Made by a program: the position numbers and the translations under genes
Shown: piece by piece, positions 27,395-34,584 of the stretch
Layout of the letters: each line of letters starts with the position of its first letter
Numbering within the stretch: position 1 is the first letter of the stretch
The notes under the pieces: model-generated
Told to the model about the DNA's origin: nothing
Database searches by the model: none
What the model saw: only the letters and a program-made list of their open reading frames with translations
Assembly (NCBI GenBank): GCA_902793515.1
Contig: CADBDO010000001.1
Location: 1-48,802, forward strand
Source of the DNA: an uncultured Erysipelotrichaceae bacterium
Lineage (GTDB): Bacteria > Bacillota_I > Bacilli_A > RFN20 > CAG-826
Direction of reading: 5' to 3'
Length of the DNA: 48,802 nt

Positions 27395-28804
27395 TTACTT
27401 GCTGGACTTTTTGGCGGCTGGTTTCTTGGCAGCAGCTTTTGGAGCGGCTTTTGGAGCGGCCTTCTTCTCAGCTGGAGCTTCTTCCTTCTTGGCAGCGGCT
27501 TTCTTGGCGGAAGCGCTGGAGGAATTGGCAAGGATCCAACCACGGACCTTCTTCTGGAAGAGGTTGTTCTTGAATCCGTCGAGGTCACGGTTGATGAATC
27601 CGCGGATTTCTTCCTCTTTCATCTTGTACTGCTCGGCCATGGCTTTGACTTCGGCATCGACGTCTTCGTCTTTGATCCAGAGGTTTTCGGCTTCGGCGAT
27701 GGCGTTCATGACGATGTAGCCTTTGAGGTTAGCTTCGGCCTGCTTCATGAAGGTAGCACGGAGGTCTTCGACTTTGCCACCGGTGATCTCGAGGTACTGC
27801 TCGAAGGTGAGACCGTTTTGCTCGATCTGCTTCTTGAGGTTGTTCTCAGATTGGGCAGCTTCGTTAGCGATGATGTCCTGGTCAAGGGTGAAGGTGGCGC
27901 CTTCGACGATCTGGCCAAGGATGGCGTTATAGTATTTCTCTTCGCTGTCACGGACTTTGCGCTCAAGAAGGTTCTTCTTCTCGAACTTTTTGAGTTCAGC
28001 GATGGTGTTGACCTCTTTGATGCCGAGCTCTTTGACGCTCGCATCATCAGCGGCTGGGATCTTCTTCTCTTTGACTTCGTGAAGGACGACGGTGAACTGG
28101 GCTTCTTTGCCAGCGAGTTCCTTGACGTAGTTGGTTGGGAAGGTGACTTTGAAGGACTTGGATTCGTCTTTCTTCATGCCAACGACGGCCTCTTCGAAGC
28201 CAGGGATGAAGGAATGGGAGCCAAGGACGAGGGTGTAGTTGTCGGCTTTGCCGCCTTCGAATGGCTTGAGGTTGCCATTCTCATCTGGGAGGAAGCCATT
28301 GAAGTCGATGGTGACGGTGTCGCCCATCTTGGCTTCACGATCGACAAGGACGAGTTCGGCATTGCTTTCGAAACGTCTGGCCACTGCCGCTTCGACTTCG
28401 GCGTCGGTGACGGTGTCGGCTGGGCGCTCGGCCTTAAGTCCTTTGTAAGCACCGAGTTTGGCGCTTGGGACGGTGATGATGGTATAGGCTAACTGGAGCT
28501 CAGTGTCGCTAAGCTTGGTGATGGCGACTTCTGGGCGGAAGAATGGACGGACCTTGGTTTCTTTGATGACCTCGGCGAAGGTTGGATTCAAGATGGAATC
28601 AATGGCCTCGTTGTAGACGGCTTCTTGGTTGACCCTCTCTTTGAGAAGGTTCTTTGGAGCCTTGCCTGGACGGAAGCCAGGAACGCTCACTTTGGCGCTG
28701 ACCTTGTTGAAGGCCTTCTCTTGCGCCTCGACCCAAACTTCCTTTTCGAGGTCGACGGTGACCTTAACGCGGGAAGGGGTGATTTGTTCAATGGTGTGTT
28801 TCAT
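27395..28804 (-). CDS. tig: Trigger factor with a Lys/Ala/Pro-rich C-terminal extension
   Basis: The N-terminal ribosome-binding signature VPGFRPGKAP, a PPIase-like middle domain and a C-terminal arm are present. Start MKHTIEQ at 28804 has SD AAGAGG; position 28810 is TTG. The tail is SAKKAAAKKEEAPAEKKAAPKAAPKAAAKKPAAKKSSK. Confidence 0.9.
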   Translation of the reverse strand: MKHTIEQITPSRVKVTVDLEKEVWVEAQEKAFNKVSAKVSVPGFRPGKAPKNLLKERVNQEAVYNEAIDSILNPTFAEVIKETKVRPFFRPEVAITKLSDTELQLAYTIITVPSAKLGAYKGLKAERPADTVTDAEVEAAVARRFESNAELVLVDREAKMGDTVTIDFNGFLPDENGNLKPFEGGKADNYTLVLGSHSFIPGFEEAVVGMKKDESKSFKVTFPTNYVKELAGKEAQFTVVLHEVKEKKIPAADDASVKELGIKEVNTIAELKKFEKKNLLERKVRDSEEKYYNAILGQIVEGATFTLDQDIIANEAAQSENNLKKQIEQNGLTFEQYLEITGGKVEDLRATFMKQAEANLKGYIVMNAIAEAENLWIKDEDVDAEVKAMAEQYKMKEEEIRGFINRDLDGFKNNLFQKKVRGWILANSSSASAKKAAAKKEEAPAEKKAAPKAAPKAAAKKPAAKKSSK

Positions 28805-28837
28805 ATTCAAAACCTCTTTAGTTTTTGCAACTGAATA

Positions 28838-28866
28838 ACTATAGCCTATCTTAAGATAGTTTCCAA
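28838..28866 (-). promoter_or_regulatory. tig promoter TTGGAA-N17-TATAGT with a palindrome in the spacer
   Basis: The -35 box is at 28861..28866 and the -10 box at 28838..28843. The 14-bp perfect palindrome CTATCTTAAGATAG (28846..28859) fills the spacer. Confidence 0.45.
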
Positions 28867-28882
28867 ATACTTTGATTAATTA

Positions 28883-29821
28883 TCAGTAATGGAGAGTGCT
28901 TTCTGCCTTACGGACTTCTTTTACCTTTTCGATGAGGGCCTTCACTTCTTCGGGATTAACGTTCTTCTCCTCACACTCTTTGACCAAGTCAAATTCGCTG
29001 GAAAGATATTCGTGGGCGAGGGAGGAGAAAGCAAGAAGGTAGGCAGGTCCTTCTTTCTCGAGAGGAAGCGTCTCCGGGAAGAGCTCGAAGATGTAATCGT
29101 TGAGGAGTTTCTTCGCGACATTGGAGACGGATGGGTCATTGATGGACTCATCTAGCTTCTCTCTGAAATCCTCGAATTCCTTGCCGGTGAATGGCGGATC
29201 GATCCTCGCTGGGACGATGTTGAAGGTCTTCCCGTTTTTGAAAAGGGCGATCTCTTTGTCGTACTTCGCGGCGATGAGGTACATAAGGGCGTACGTCCTC
29301 ACGAGTGACGACTTCTGCCCCGTTACCAGATTGACGAGGGAACGGACATAATCCTTCGCTCTCCAAGGGCCGATGATGTTGAGGGTTGAGATGATCTCGT
29401 AATCGTCGGATTTCTCCGAGAGCTTCTCGATTATCTCCTCTTCGCTATACTTGTCGGAAAGGGAAGAATTCCTCTCTTCGGTCCTGATGAGTTTTGGGAG
29501 GGCGTGAAGGTATTCCTCGACCTCTTGGGAGACGTATGGGAGATTCTCGAAATGCTCCAAATCGTCATAGGCTTCCTCGAATTCCTTGAGGATGAAACGG
29601 AGCTCGAAAATGCTCTTCATCGTCTTGAGGGGGTTGACCTTATAAAGCTCATCGCGATGGGCGTTAAGGATATTGAAGGCTTGCTTGGCATCGCCTTTGG
29701 CGAGATAGGCCGAGGCACGGTAAGAAAGACCGGCTGGCGAAAGATCGCCTTCGGTGAGGGAAAGCAAGAGGTCATACTCCTTCTTCTCAAGCAGGGTTTT
29801 GTAGTTGTCCATGGAAAACAT
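28883..29821 (-). CDS. Hypothetical helical protein (TPR-like N-terminus); unknown function
   Basis: 312-aa ORF with no motif I can name. It may resemble a Mollicutes DUF family, but this is not verifiable here. There are two in-frame ATGs, at 29821 and 29812; the promoter geometry favours 29812. Confidence 0.55.
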   Translation of the reverse strand: MFSMDNYKTLLEKKEYDLLLSLTEGDLSPAGLSYRASAYLAKGDAKQAFNILNAHRDELYKVNPLKTMKSIFELRFILKEFEEAYDDLEHFENLPYVSQEVEEYLHALPKLIRTEERNSSLSDKYSEEEIIEKLSEKSDDYEIISTLNIIGPWRAKDYVRSLVNLVTGQKSSLVRTYALMYLIAAKYDKEIALFKNGKTFNIVPARIDPPFTGKEFEDFREKLDESINDPSVSNVAKKLLNDYIFELFPETLPLEKEGPAYLLAFSSLAHEYLSSEFDLVKECEEKNVNPEEVKALIEKVKEVRKAESTLHY

Positions 29822-29825
29822 TTTA
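29810..29825 (-). promoter_or_regulatory. Candidate leaderless promoter: TAAAAT-N7-ATG (hypothetical gene)
   Basis: Minus strand reads GCTAAAATGTTTTCCATGGAC, with the -10 box at 29820..29825 and the ATG at 29812. Confidence 0.35.
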
Positions 29826-29854
29826 GCGAAATCGGGCGAGCAACTCCATAAGGA

Positions 29855-29894
29855 TTGCCTTTTCTCTGGAAAACATTACAATTGAGCGAGTATG
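29855..29894 (+). promoter_or_regulatory. Candidate near-leaderless promoter: TTGCCT-N16-TACAAT-N9-ATG (lipoprotein gene)
   Basis: The -35 box is at 29855..29860, the -10 box at 29877..29882 and the ATG at 29892. There is no SD. Confidence 0.45.
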
Positions 29895-30713
29895 AGAAAA
29901 CGTTACTGGCTACCTCTACTCTTTTTTGTTCCCCTTGCCTCGTGCAACAGCGGGAACGTTTCGTCTGTCAAAGGGACGATCGACCACGTCCTTGCTGTGC
30001 AAAAACTCAGCAACTACAACCAGTTCGTCAATCTCGAGAATCATAAGACGCCGGAAACCCTCAAACTCAAATCCGAAGTCGATGAGTTATCATTCCATGA
30101 CCAAAACCTCACGGACGCGGAAATCGAGCTTCAAATAGATACGCGTTACGCCTTGGGCCTAGAAAAAGAGACTTTTCCTTACGCCCACTTCTTCATAAAG
30201 GCTGTCGATGAAAAGGCCCATATCTTCGCATATGAAAGCTGGGTCTTCGTTGAGGCGAGAAACACCGGCAACGTCGTCAATGTCTACGAAAGAGGCACGG
30301 AATTCCAGAGCAACGTCAGAAGTGAATACGTCTTCGAAAGCAAACGCGACTGGACCGACAAAGCCTCGGATTGCCTCTCCATCATGAACGAGGAAATCCA
30401 TAACAGCGCCCTGCGAATCCATGACACCATCAAAGCGCAAGGAGAGGCGGGCGCGATCACGAAAGAGGATTACGACGAGCCTTCCGCTGGCGGACTCATC
30501 GGCAATGTCGTCTACTCAACGAGCAGCGATTCGAGCGAGGAGCTCTACTTCAAATTCGAAAACTACATCCTGCAGAGCTATAAGCACAAAACAGGAGAGA
30601 AAACCAACACGAGCGAGGCCAAATGGGATGTCGAAAGCATTGTGAAAGACACGCCAAAGGCCGAGGATTTCACCCTCCAAAAGGAAAGTGGATTAACAAA
30701 AGCTATTCGCTAA
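29892..30713 (+). CDS. Lipoprotein of unknown function
   Basis: The signal peptide has a lipobox (MRKRYWLPLLFFVPLAS|CNSG). The mature part has no recognisable motif. The 3' end overlaps the convergent HAD gene by 11 nt. Confidence 0.75.
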   Translation: MRKRYWLPLLFFVPLASCNSGNVSSVKGTIDHVLAVQKLSNYNQFVNLENHKTPETLKLKSEVDELSFHDQNLTDAEIELQIDTRYALGLEKETFPYAHFFIKAVDEKAHIFAYESWVFVEARNTGNVVNVYERGTEFQSNVRSEYVFESKRDWTDKASDCLSIMNEEIHNSALRIHDTIKAQGEAGAITKEDYDEPSAGGLIGNVVYSTSSDSSEELYFKFENYILQSYKHKTGEKTNTSEAKWDVESIVKDTPKAEDFTLQKESGLTKAIR

Positions 30714-31338
30714 GAGCGTCTTCAGCGACTTCGATGAGGTCGCTGAATTTTTTTAATACGTAATCAGGATTCGTGGAACGTCCAAAGCCATAGGAGGCAT
30801 AGGCGAACTTGTATCCGGCCTTGTGGGTCTCTTCCTCGTCATAGAGGGTGTCCCCCACATACATGGCTTTCTCGTATCCGCCTCTTTTGAGGATGATGCC
30901 AAGGTTAACGCTTTTTGGCTGGAAGTTCTCACCCCAGCAGATGGTGTCTTTGAAAAGATATCCTAAGCCGGTTCCCGCTAAGAAAGCGTCGATGTAGCCA
31001 AGCTGGCAGTTGCTGAGGATGAGAAGGTCGTATTTCTCTTTGAGCTTCTCAAGGGTTTCCTTCACGCCTTCGTAGAGGTTTCCAGGATGGGTGTAAAGGT
31101 ATTCGTTCTCGTAATCGAGCGACTCCTTTAAAAGGACTTTGGCATCCTCAAGAGGAACATGAGGGAAGAGCCTTCCAGGGAATTCGCTCATCGGGAGACC
31201 AAGGCACGGGACGATCTGTTCTTTGGTGACGTGATACTGATATTTACTTTTCATACCGACGGCATCCCAGGCTTCCGCGAATCGCTGAGCCGCATCCCAG
31301 AGGGTTCCGTCGATGTCAAATACAAGGGCTTTTTTCAT
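30703..31338 (-). CDS. HAD-superfamily phosphatase (subfamily IA-like)
   Basis: Motif I is VFDIDGTLWD, with a later SN..K..GD pattern (YVGDTLYD). Confidence 0.8.
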   Translation of the reverse strand: MKKALVFDIDGTLWDAAQRFAEAWDAVGMKSKYQYHVTKEQIVPCLGLPMSEFPGRLFPHVPLEDAKVLLKESLDYENEYLYTHPGNLYEGVKETLEKLKEKYDLLILSNCQLGYIDAFLAGTGLGYLFKDTICWGENFQPKSVNLGIILKRGGYEKAMYVGDTLYDEEETHKAGYKFAYASYGFGRSTNPDYVLKKFSDLIEVAEDALSE

Positions 31339-31351
31339 GCGGACAATTATT
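31336..31351 (-). promoter_or_regulatory. Candidate leaderless promoter: AATAAT-N7-ATG (HAD gene)
   Basis: Minus strand reads GGAATAATTGTCCGCATG. The same 9-mer ATAATTGTC recurs, inverted, at the TetR -10 box (31395..31403). Confidence 0.3.
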
Positions 31352-31475
31352 CCTTTTTATTAAAAGAAAAACAACAAATATGATTTTTTAGTGTATAATT
31401 GTCTCAACTCAAAGCATATTTTGCGCTTTCGTTAATATTTGGGATTAAAATCCAATCGGATAAGGAGGCTTTTTT

Positions 31476-32123
31476 ATGAGAACAGAGAAGATGAGACTCG
31501 ACAACATTGAAAAGGTTTTTAGGGCGACAGTCAGGCTTTTTGAGAAGCACAACGTCATGAATACGACCCTTCAGATGATTGCCAACGAGGCCGGCGTTTC
31601 GACCCGTTCGATCGTCAATTATTTCAAAACCAGAGAAAACCTCTTGCTCGCCGTCCACCAAAGATATGTCGACAGCGCCCTCACGGAACTCGACAAATAC
31701 TGCGCCAGCGAGAAATACAAATCCCTCAACGGCCGCGAACAGGTCCTTGATATCACAAGACACGTTCTCGACTTCGTTCCAAATTACTACGTTCACATTT
31801 ATGCGATGAGAGAAATCAGCGTCGCCGTCTCCGCCGCCGGCATCACCGATGACAAGAGATTCATCAACGAGGCCATCGACTTCGTCTTCAAGCCAACGAA
31901 GATCGCCATGCAGAAAGGCCTTGAAGATGGCTCCATCACCTTGGCCAACGGCTATAACGAAGACAACCTCAAGATGTTCATCGTCGTCCTCCGCGGCGTC
32001 TTCGAGGAATACGCTGAGATCCTCAAATCCAAAAACGAGGCCACGATCAAGACGGTCTCCAACGCGATCGAAACCCTCTACCAATATCTCGACGCAATCT
32101 TAAGAGGACAAATCCATAAATGA
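31476..32123 (+). CDS. TetR/AcrR-family transcriptional regulator
   Basis: The N-terminal HTH is FRATVRLFEKHNVMNTTLQMIANEAGVSTRSIVNYFKTRENLL. There is a strong SD, AAGGAGG. Confidence 0.85.
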   Translation: MRTEKMRLDNIEKVFRATVRLFEKHNVMNTTLQMIANEAGVSTRSIVNYFKTRENLLLAVHQRYVDSALTELDKYCASEKYKSLNGREQVLDITRHVLDFVPNYYVHIYAMREISVAVSAAGITDDKRFINEAIDFVFKPTKIAMQKGLEDGSITLANGYNEDNLKMFIVVLRGVFEEYAEILKSKNEATIKTVSNAIETLYQYLDAILRGQIHK

Positions 32124-32158
32124 TAAAAAAACACCCGTCAAATCGGGTGTTTTTCTTT
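32124..32158. terminator. Bidirectional terminator between the TetR and flavodoxin genes
   Basis: AAAAAAA-CACCCG-TCAAAT-CGGGTG-TTTTTCTTTT; the hairpin is flanked by an A-run on one side and a T-run on the other. Confidence 0.75.
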
Positions 32159-32160
32159 TA

Positions 32161-32610
32161 TTAGAACGATAGCTTATTCGCAGCCTCTTCCTGGTATTTG
32201 AGAGGCTCTTTTAAGTTGATGATCCTCGCCTCAGGGTAGAGCTTAGAGATTTTCTTGGCCGCTCCTTTTGAGGTGCCTGAACCACTATATAGGACAAAGG
32301 TGACTTTCTTTCCTTCGAGCTTAAGTTCTTTGAGAAGGCTATTCGTTGGGGTGGCAAAACGCGCATTCCAGATTGGGGAACCGATATAAATCTCATCATA
32401 GAGTTCTGGGTTGACCGAAAGCTCTTTGATTTTTGGGCGTGTGCCGACTGTGGCTTTGAAGCCTCCTACAATCATCGAAAAGAAAAATGATTTAGGAATC
32501 GGGTTCTTGACGGTCTCGACCTTTTCGATCTCAAATCCTTTTTCTTTGAGCATGCTAGCGACCAAATCGCCGTTCCCACTGCGGGAATAATAAATGAAGA
32601 GCCTTTTCAT
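32161..32610 (-). CDS. Flavodoxin-like protein
   Basis: 149 aa with an N-terminal MKRLFIYYSRSGNG phosphate-loop-like motif, and the size and pattern of short flavodoxin-fold proteins. Confidence 0.6.
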   Translation of the reverse strand: MKRLFIYYSRSGNGDLVASMLKEKGFEIEKVETVKNPIPKSFFFSMIVGGFKATVGTRPKIKELSVNPELYDEIYIGSPIWNARFATPTNSLLKELKLEGKKVTFVLYSGSGTSKGAAKKISKLYPEARIINLKEPLKYQEEAANKLSF

Positions 32611-32625
32611 ATTCTTATGATATCA
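32608..32625 (-). promoter_or_regulatory. Candidate leaderless promoter: TGA-TATCAT-N6-ATG (flavodoxin-like gene)
   Basis: Minus strand reads TTGATATCATAAGAATATG. It is an extended -10 (TGn), with no SD. Confidence 0.4.
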
Positions 32626-32647
32626 ATAAACGCTAAGGCGCAAGAAA

Positions 32648-32677
32648 CAAAAAAACTGTTGATGCGATTATCAACAG
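32648..32677 (-). terminator. Rho-independent terminator after tRNA-Arg
   Basis: CUGUUGAU-AAUCGC-AUCAACAG (perfect 8 bp) followed by UUUUUUUG. Confidence 0.85.
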
Positions 32678-32690
32678 TCAGGGTTTGGTT

Positions 32691-32767
32691 TGGCGCGCTC
32701 GAGGCGACTCGAACGCCTGACCCACAGCTTAGAAGGCTGTTGCTCTATCCAACTGAGCTACGAGCGC
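32691..32767 (-). tRNA. tRNA-Arg (anticodon UCU), CCA encoded
   Basis: I folded it by hand as a 77-nt cloverleaf: GCGCTCG TA GCTC AGTTGGATA GAGC A ACAGC CTTCTAA GCTGT GGGTC AGGCG TTCGAGT CGCCT CGAGCGC G CCA. Confidence 0.9.
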
Positions 32768-32777
32768 GTGCCGAGAC

Positions 32778-32808
32778 ATTATAATACACCAAAGGTGATT
32801 TTGGGCAA
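32778..32808 (-). promoter_or_regulatory. Promoter of tRNA-Arg
   Basis: TTGCCC then TATTATAAT (alternative -10 registers give 16- or 19-nt spacers). The -10 box ends 10 nt before the mature tRNA 5' end. Confidence 0.45.
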
Positions 32809-32813
32809 CCTTT

Positions 32814-34580
32814 TTATAGAGTTTTGAGTTTTTCGAGGAGGCTTATGGCCACTTCACGCGGCAAAAGCTGCTCAAGCTCCGATAATGAGGCGTTTTTGAG
32901 GGAATCGATTGTTGGGTAATTCTTCCTAAGGATCTCTTTCCTTTTCTCCCCTAACCCTTTGACGTCGTCGAAGACGCTTTGCTTCATCTTCTTGCTTCTT
33001 TCCGCTTTGTGGAAGGAGATGGCGAACCTATGAACCTCATCCTGCATCCTCATAAGAAGGAAGAAGAGAGGAGAAGTCACATTCAAAGGATAGGTGTTCC
33101 CGTTTTTGTCGATGATGCCTTCGGTTTGGTGCTTGTCGTTTTTGTATAGGCCATAGACTGGGATATCCACTTCAATCGAAGAGAGGGCCTCAAGCGTGGC
33201 GTGGACCTGGGTCAAACCGCCATCGGTGAGGATGAGGTCAGGATAGGAAAGGTTCTCTTCCTTGAGCCTCTTATATCTTCTTGTGACCACTTCCACCATC
33301 GAATGGTAATCGTCCCCGGCGTTCTCTACGTCGAGGTGGTATTTGCGGTACATCCCTTTGGCTGGCTCGCCATTGATATAGCAAACCATCGCGCCGACTG
33401 GCGAAGAGCCTTGAAGATGGGAGTTATCGAAAAGCTCGATGCGGTAAGGCGTCTTGATATTAAGGATCTTACCAAGTTCCTCTAGAAGCGCTTCGTTGTC
33501 GTCTTCTAGCCTTGCCGACATGAAGTGAGCGTCAAGCCCTTGTCTTGCATTAAGCGAGGCCATATCAAGAAGCTCAAAAAGCCTTCCCTCCTTTGGAGAG
33601 ACGATCTTCGTGTCAGGGTAAATAGGAAGGAAATCCTCGGAAAATCCGTTGATATTACAGACGATTTCGCTTGGAAGGTCGTTGTTTTGATAGTATTCCT
33701 CGATAAGCTCAGTGGCTTGCTCGTGAGGCTCGCCAAAGCACTGGACGACGATGTTCTTTTTGCCTAGTAACCTTCCTCCCCTGATCGTCAGGATAGAGAG
33801 TCCAAGATAAGAATCCCTCGTCGCATAGGCGAAGACATCGCGGTTGGTTTTGTCGGTTGAGGCCTCAACGGATTGTTTGGCGACGGTCCTTTCTAAGGAA
33901 TCGATGCTGTTTTTGTAATAGGCGGCGTCCTCATACCTCATCTCTTCTGAGGCAAGGAGCATCTTCTCTTTGAGTTCTTTCTTGATTGGCTCGATATTCC
34001 CTTCAAGAAGGGACTTGATGCTTTCGTAGAGATTCTTGTAAGTCTCTTCCGGCACCTCTTTCTCACACGGCCCAAGGCACTGGCCAAGGTGGTAATAGAG
34101 GCAGATCTTCTTACCTAAGGTCTTACATTTCCTTGTCGGATAGAGGGAATTGATGAGGTCGATTGTCTTGTAGGCGTCGCTCGAATTTGGGAAAGGGCCG
34201 AAGTAATAGTACTTCTTGTCATCCGCTCGACGGGCGATTTTGAGGAAGGCGTCTTTCCTCCTTAAGGCGATGTATGGGTAATGCGAATCGTCCATCAGCA
34301 TGATGTTGTAGCGAGGATAATGGGTCTGGATGAGGTTCATCTCAAGGATGAAGGCCTCTTTCTCGCTATGGACGATGATGAAATCGAAATGATCGACATG
34401 GGTGACCATGGCGAAAACCTTTCCGCTTTGTGGGCGGAGGAAATACTGGGAAACCCTGTTCTTGAGGTTCTTCGCCTTGCCGACGTAGATGATCTTGTCC
34501 TCGGCGTCTTTCATCTGATAAACGCCAGGTTTGTTCGGAAGGAGAGCGATTTGGCTTTTGAGCTTTTTGCTGAGTTCCAT
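32814..34580 (-). CDS. uvrC: Excinuclease ABC subunit C
   Basis: GIY-YIG domain (GVYQMKDAEDKIIYVGKAKNLKNRVSQYF), a UvrBC-interaction region, an endonuclease V-like domain and a C-terminal HhH. Confidence 0.95.
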   Translation of the reverse strand: MELSKKLKSQIALLPNKPGVYQMKDAEDKIIYVGKAKNLKNRVSQYFLRPQSGKVFAMVTHVDHFDFIIVHSEKEAFILEMNLIQTHYPRYNIMLMDDSHYPYIALRRKDAFLKIARRADDKKYYYFGPFPNSSDAYKTIDLINSLYPTRKCKTLGKKICLYYHLGQCLGPCEKEVPEETYKNLYESIKSLLEGNIEPIKKELKEKMLLASEEMRYEDAAYYKNSIDSLERTVAKQSVEASTDKTNRDVFAYATRDSYLGLSILTIRGGRLLGKKNIVVQCFGEPHEQATELIEEYYQNNDLPSEIVCNINGFSEDFLPIYPDTKIVSPKEGRLFELLDMASLNARQGLDAHFMSARLEDDNEALLEELGKILNIKTPYRIELFDNSHLQGSSPVGAMVCYINGEPAKGMYRKYHLDVENAGDDYHSMVEVVTRRYKRLKEENLSYPDLILTDGGLTQVHATLEALSSIEVDIPVYGLYKNDKHQTEGIIDKNGNTYPLNVTSPLFFLLMRMQDEVHRFAISFHKAERSKKMKQSVFDDVKGLGEKRKEILRKNYPTIDSLKNASLSELEQLLPREVAISLLEKLKTL

Positions 34581-34584
34581 CCGC

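Noticed and set aside
27400-27520. Repetitive GC-rich DNA (GCTTTTGGAGCG x2, with GGCAGC/GGCGGC units) that might be taken for a tandem-repeat locus or a mini CRISPR array
   Set aside because: It lies in frame within the tig 3' end and encodes the KAAPKA-type tail. There are no spacer-like unique segments and no repeats of CRISPR length.
27818-28492. A 224-aa plus-strand ORF antisense to tig, plus many similar 60-190-aa ORFs antisense or out of frame in tkt, secDF, valS, lon, ileS and ftsZ (for example 11049..11606 and 42875..43450)
   Set aside because: All lie inside genes with unmistakable family motifs in another frame. They lack SD or promoter signals and have skewed, repetitive composition. 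They are most simply explained by a codon bias that depletes stop codons in the alternative frames.
31404-32084. A 226-aa ORF on the minus strand fully overlapping the TetR gene
   Set aside because: Its composition is Asp/Glu/Gly/Val-rich low-complexity sequence with no start signal, typical of the antisense shadow of a real gene. The plus-strand TetR reading frame has a clear HTH and a strong SD.
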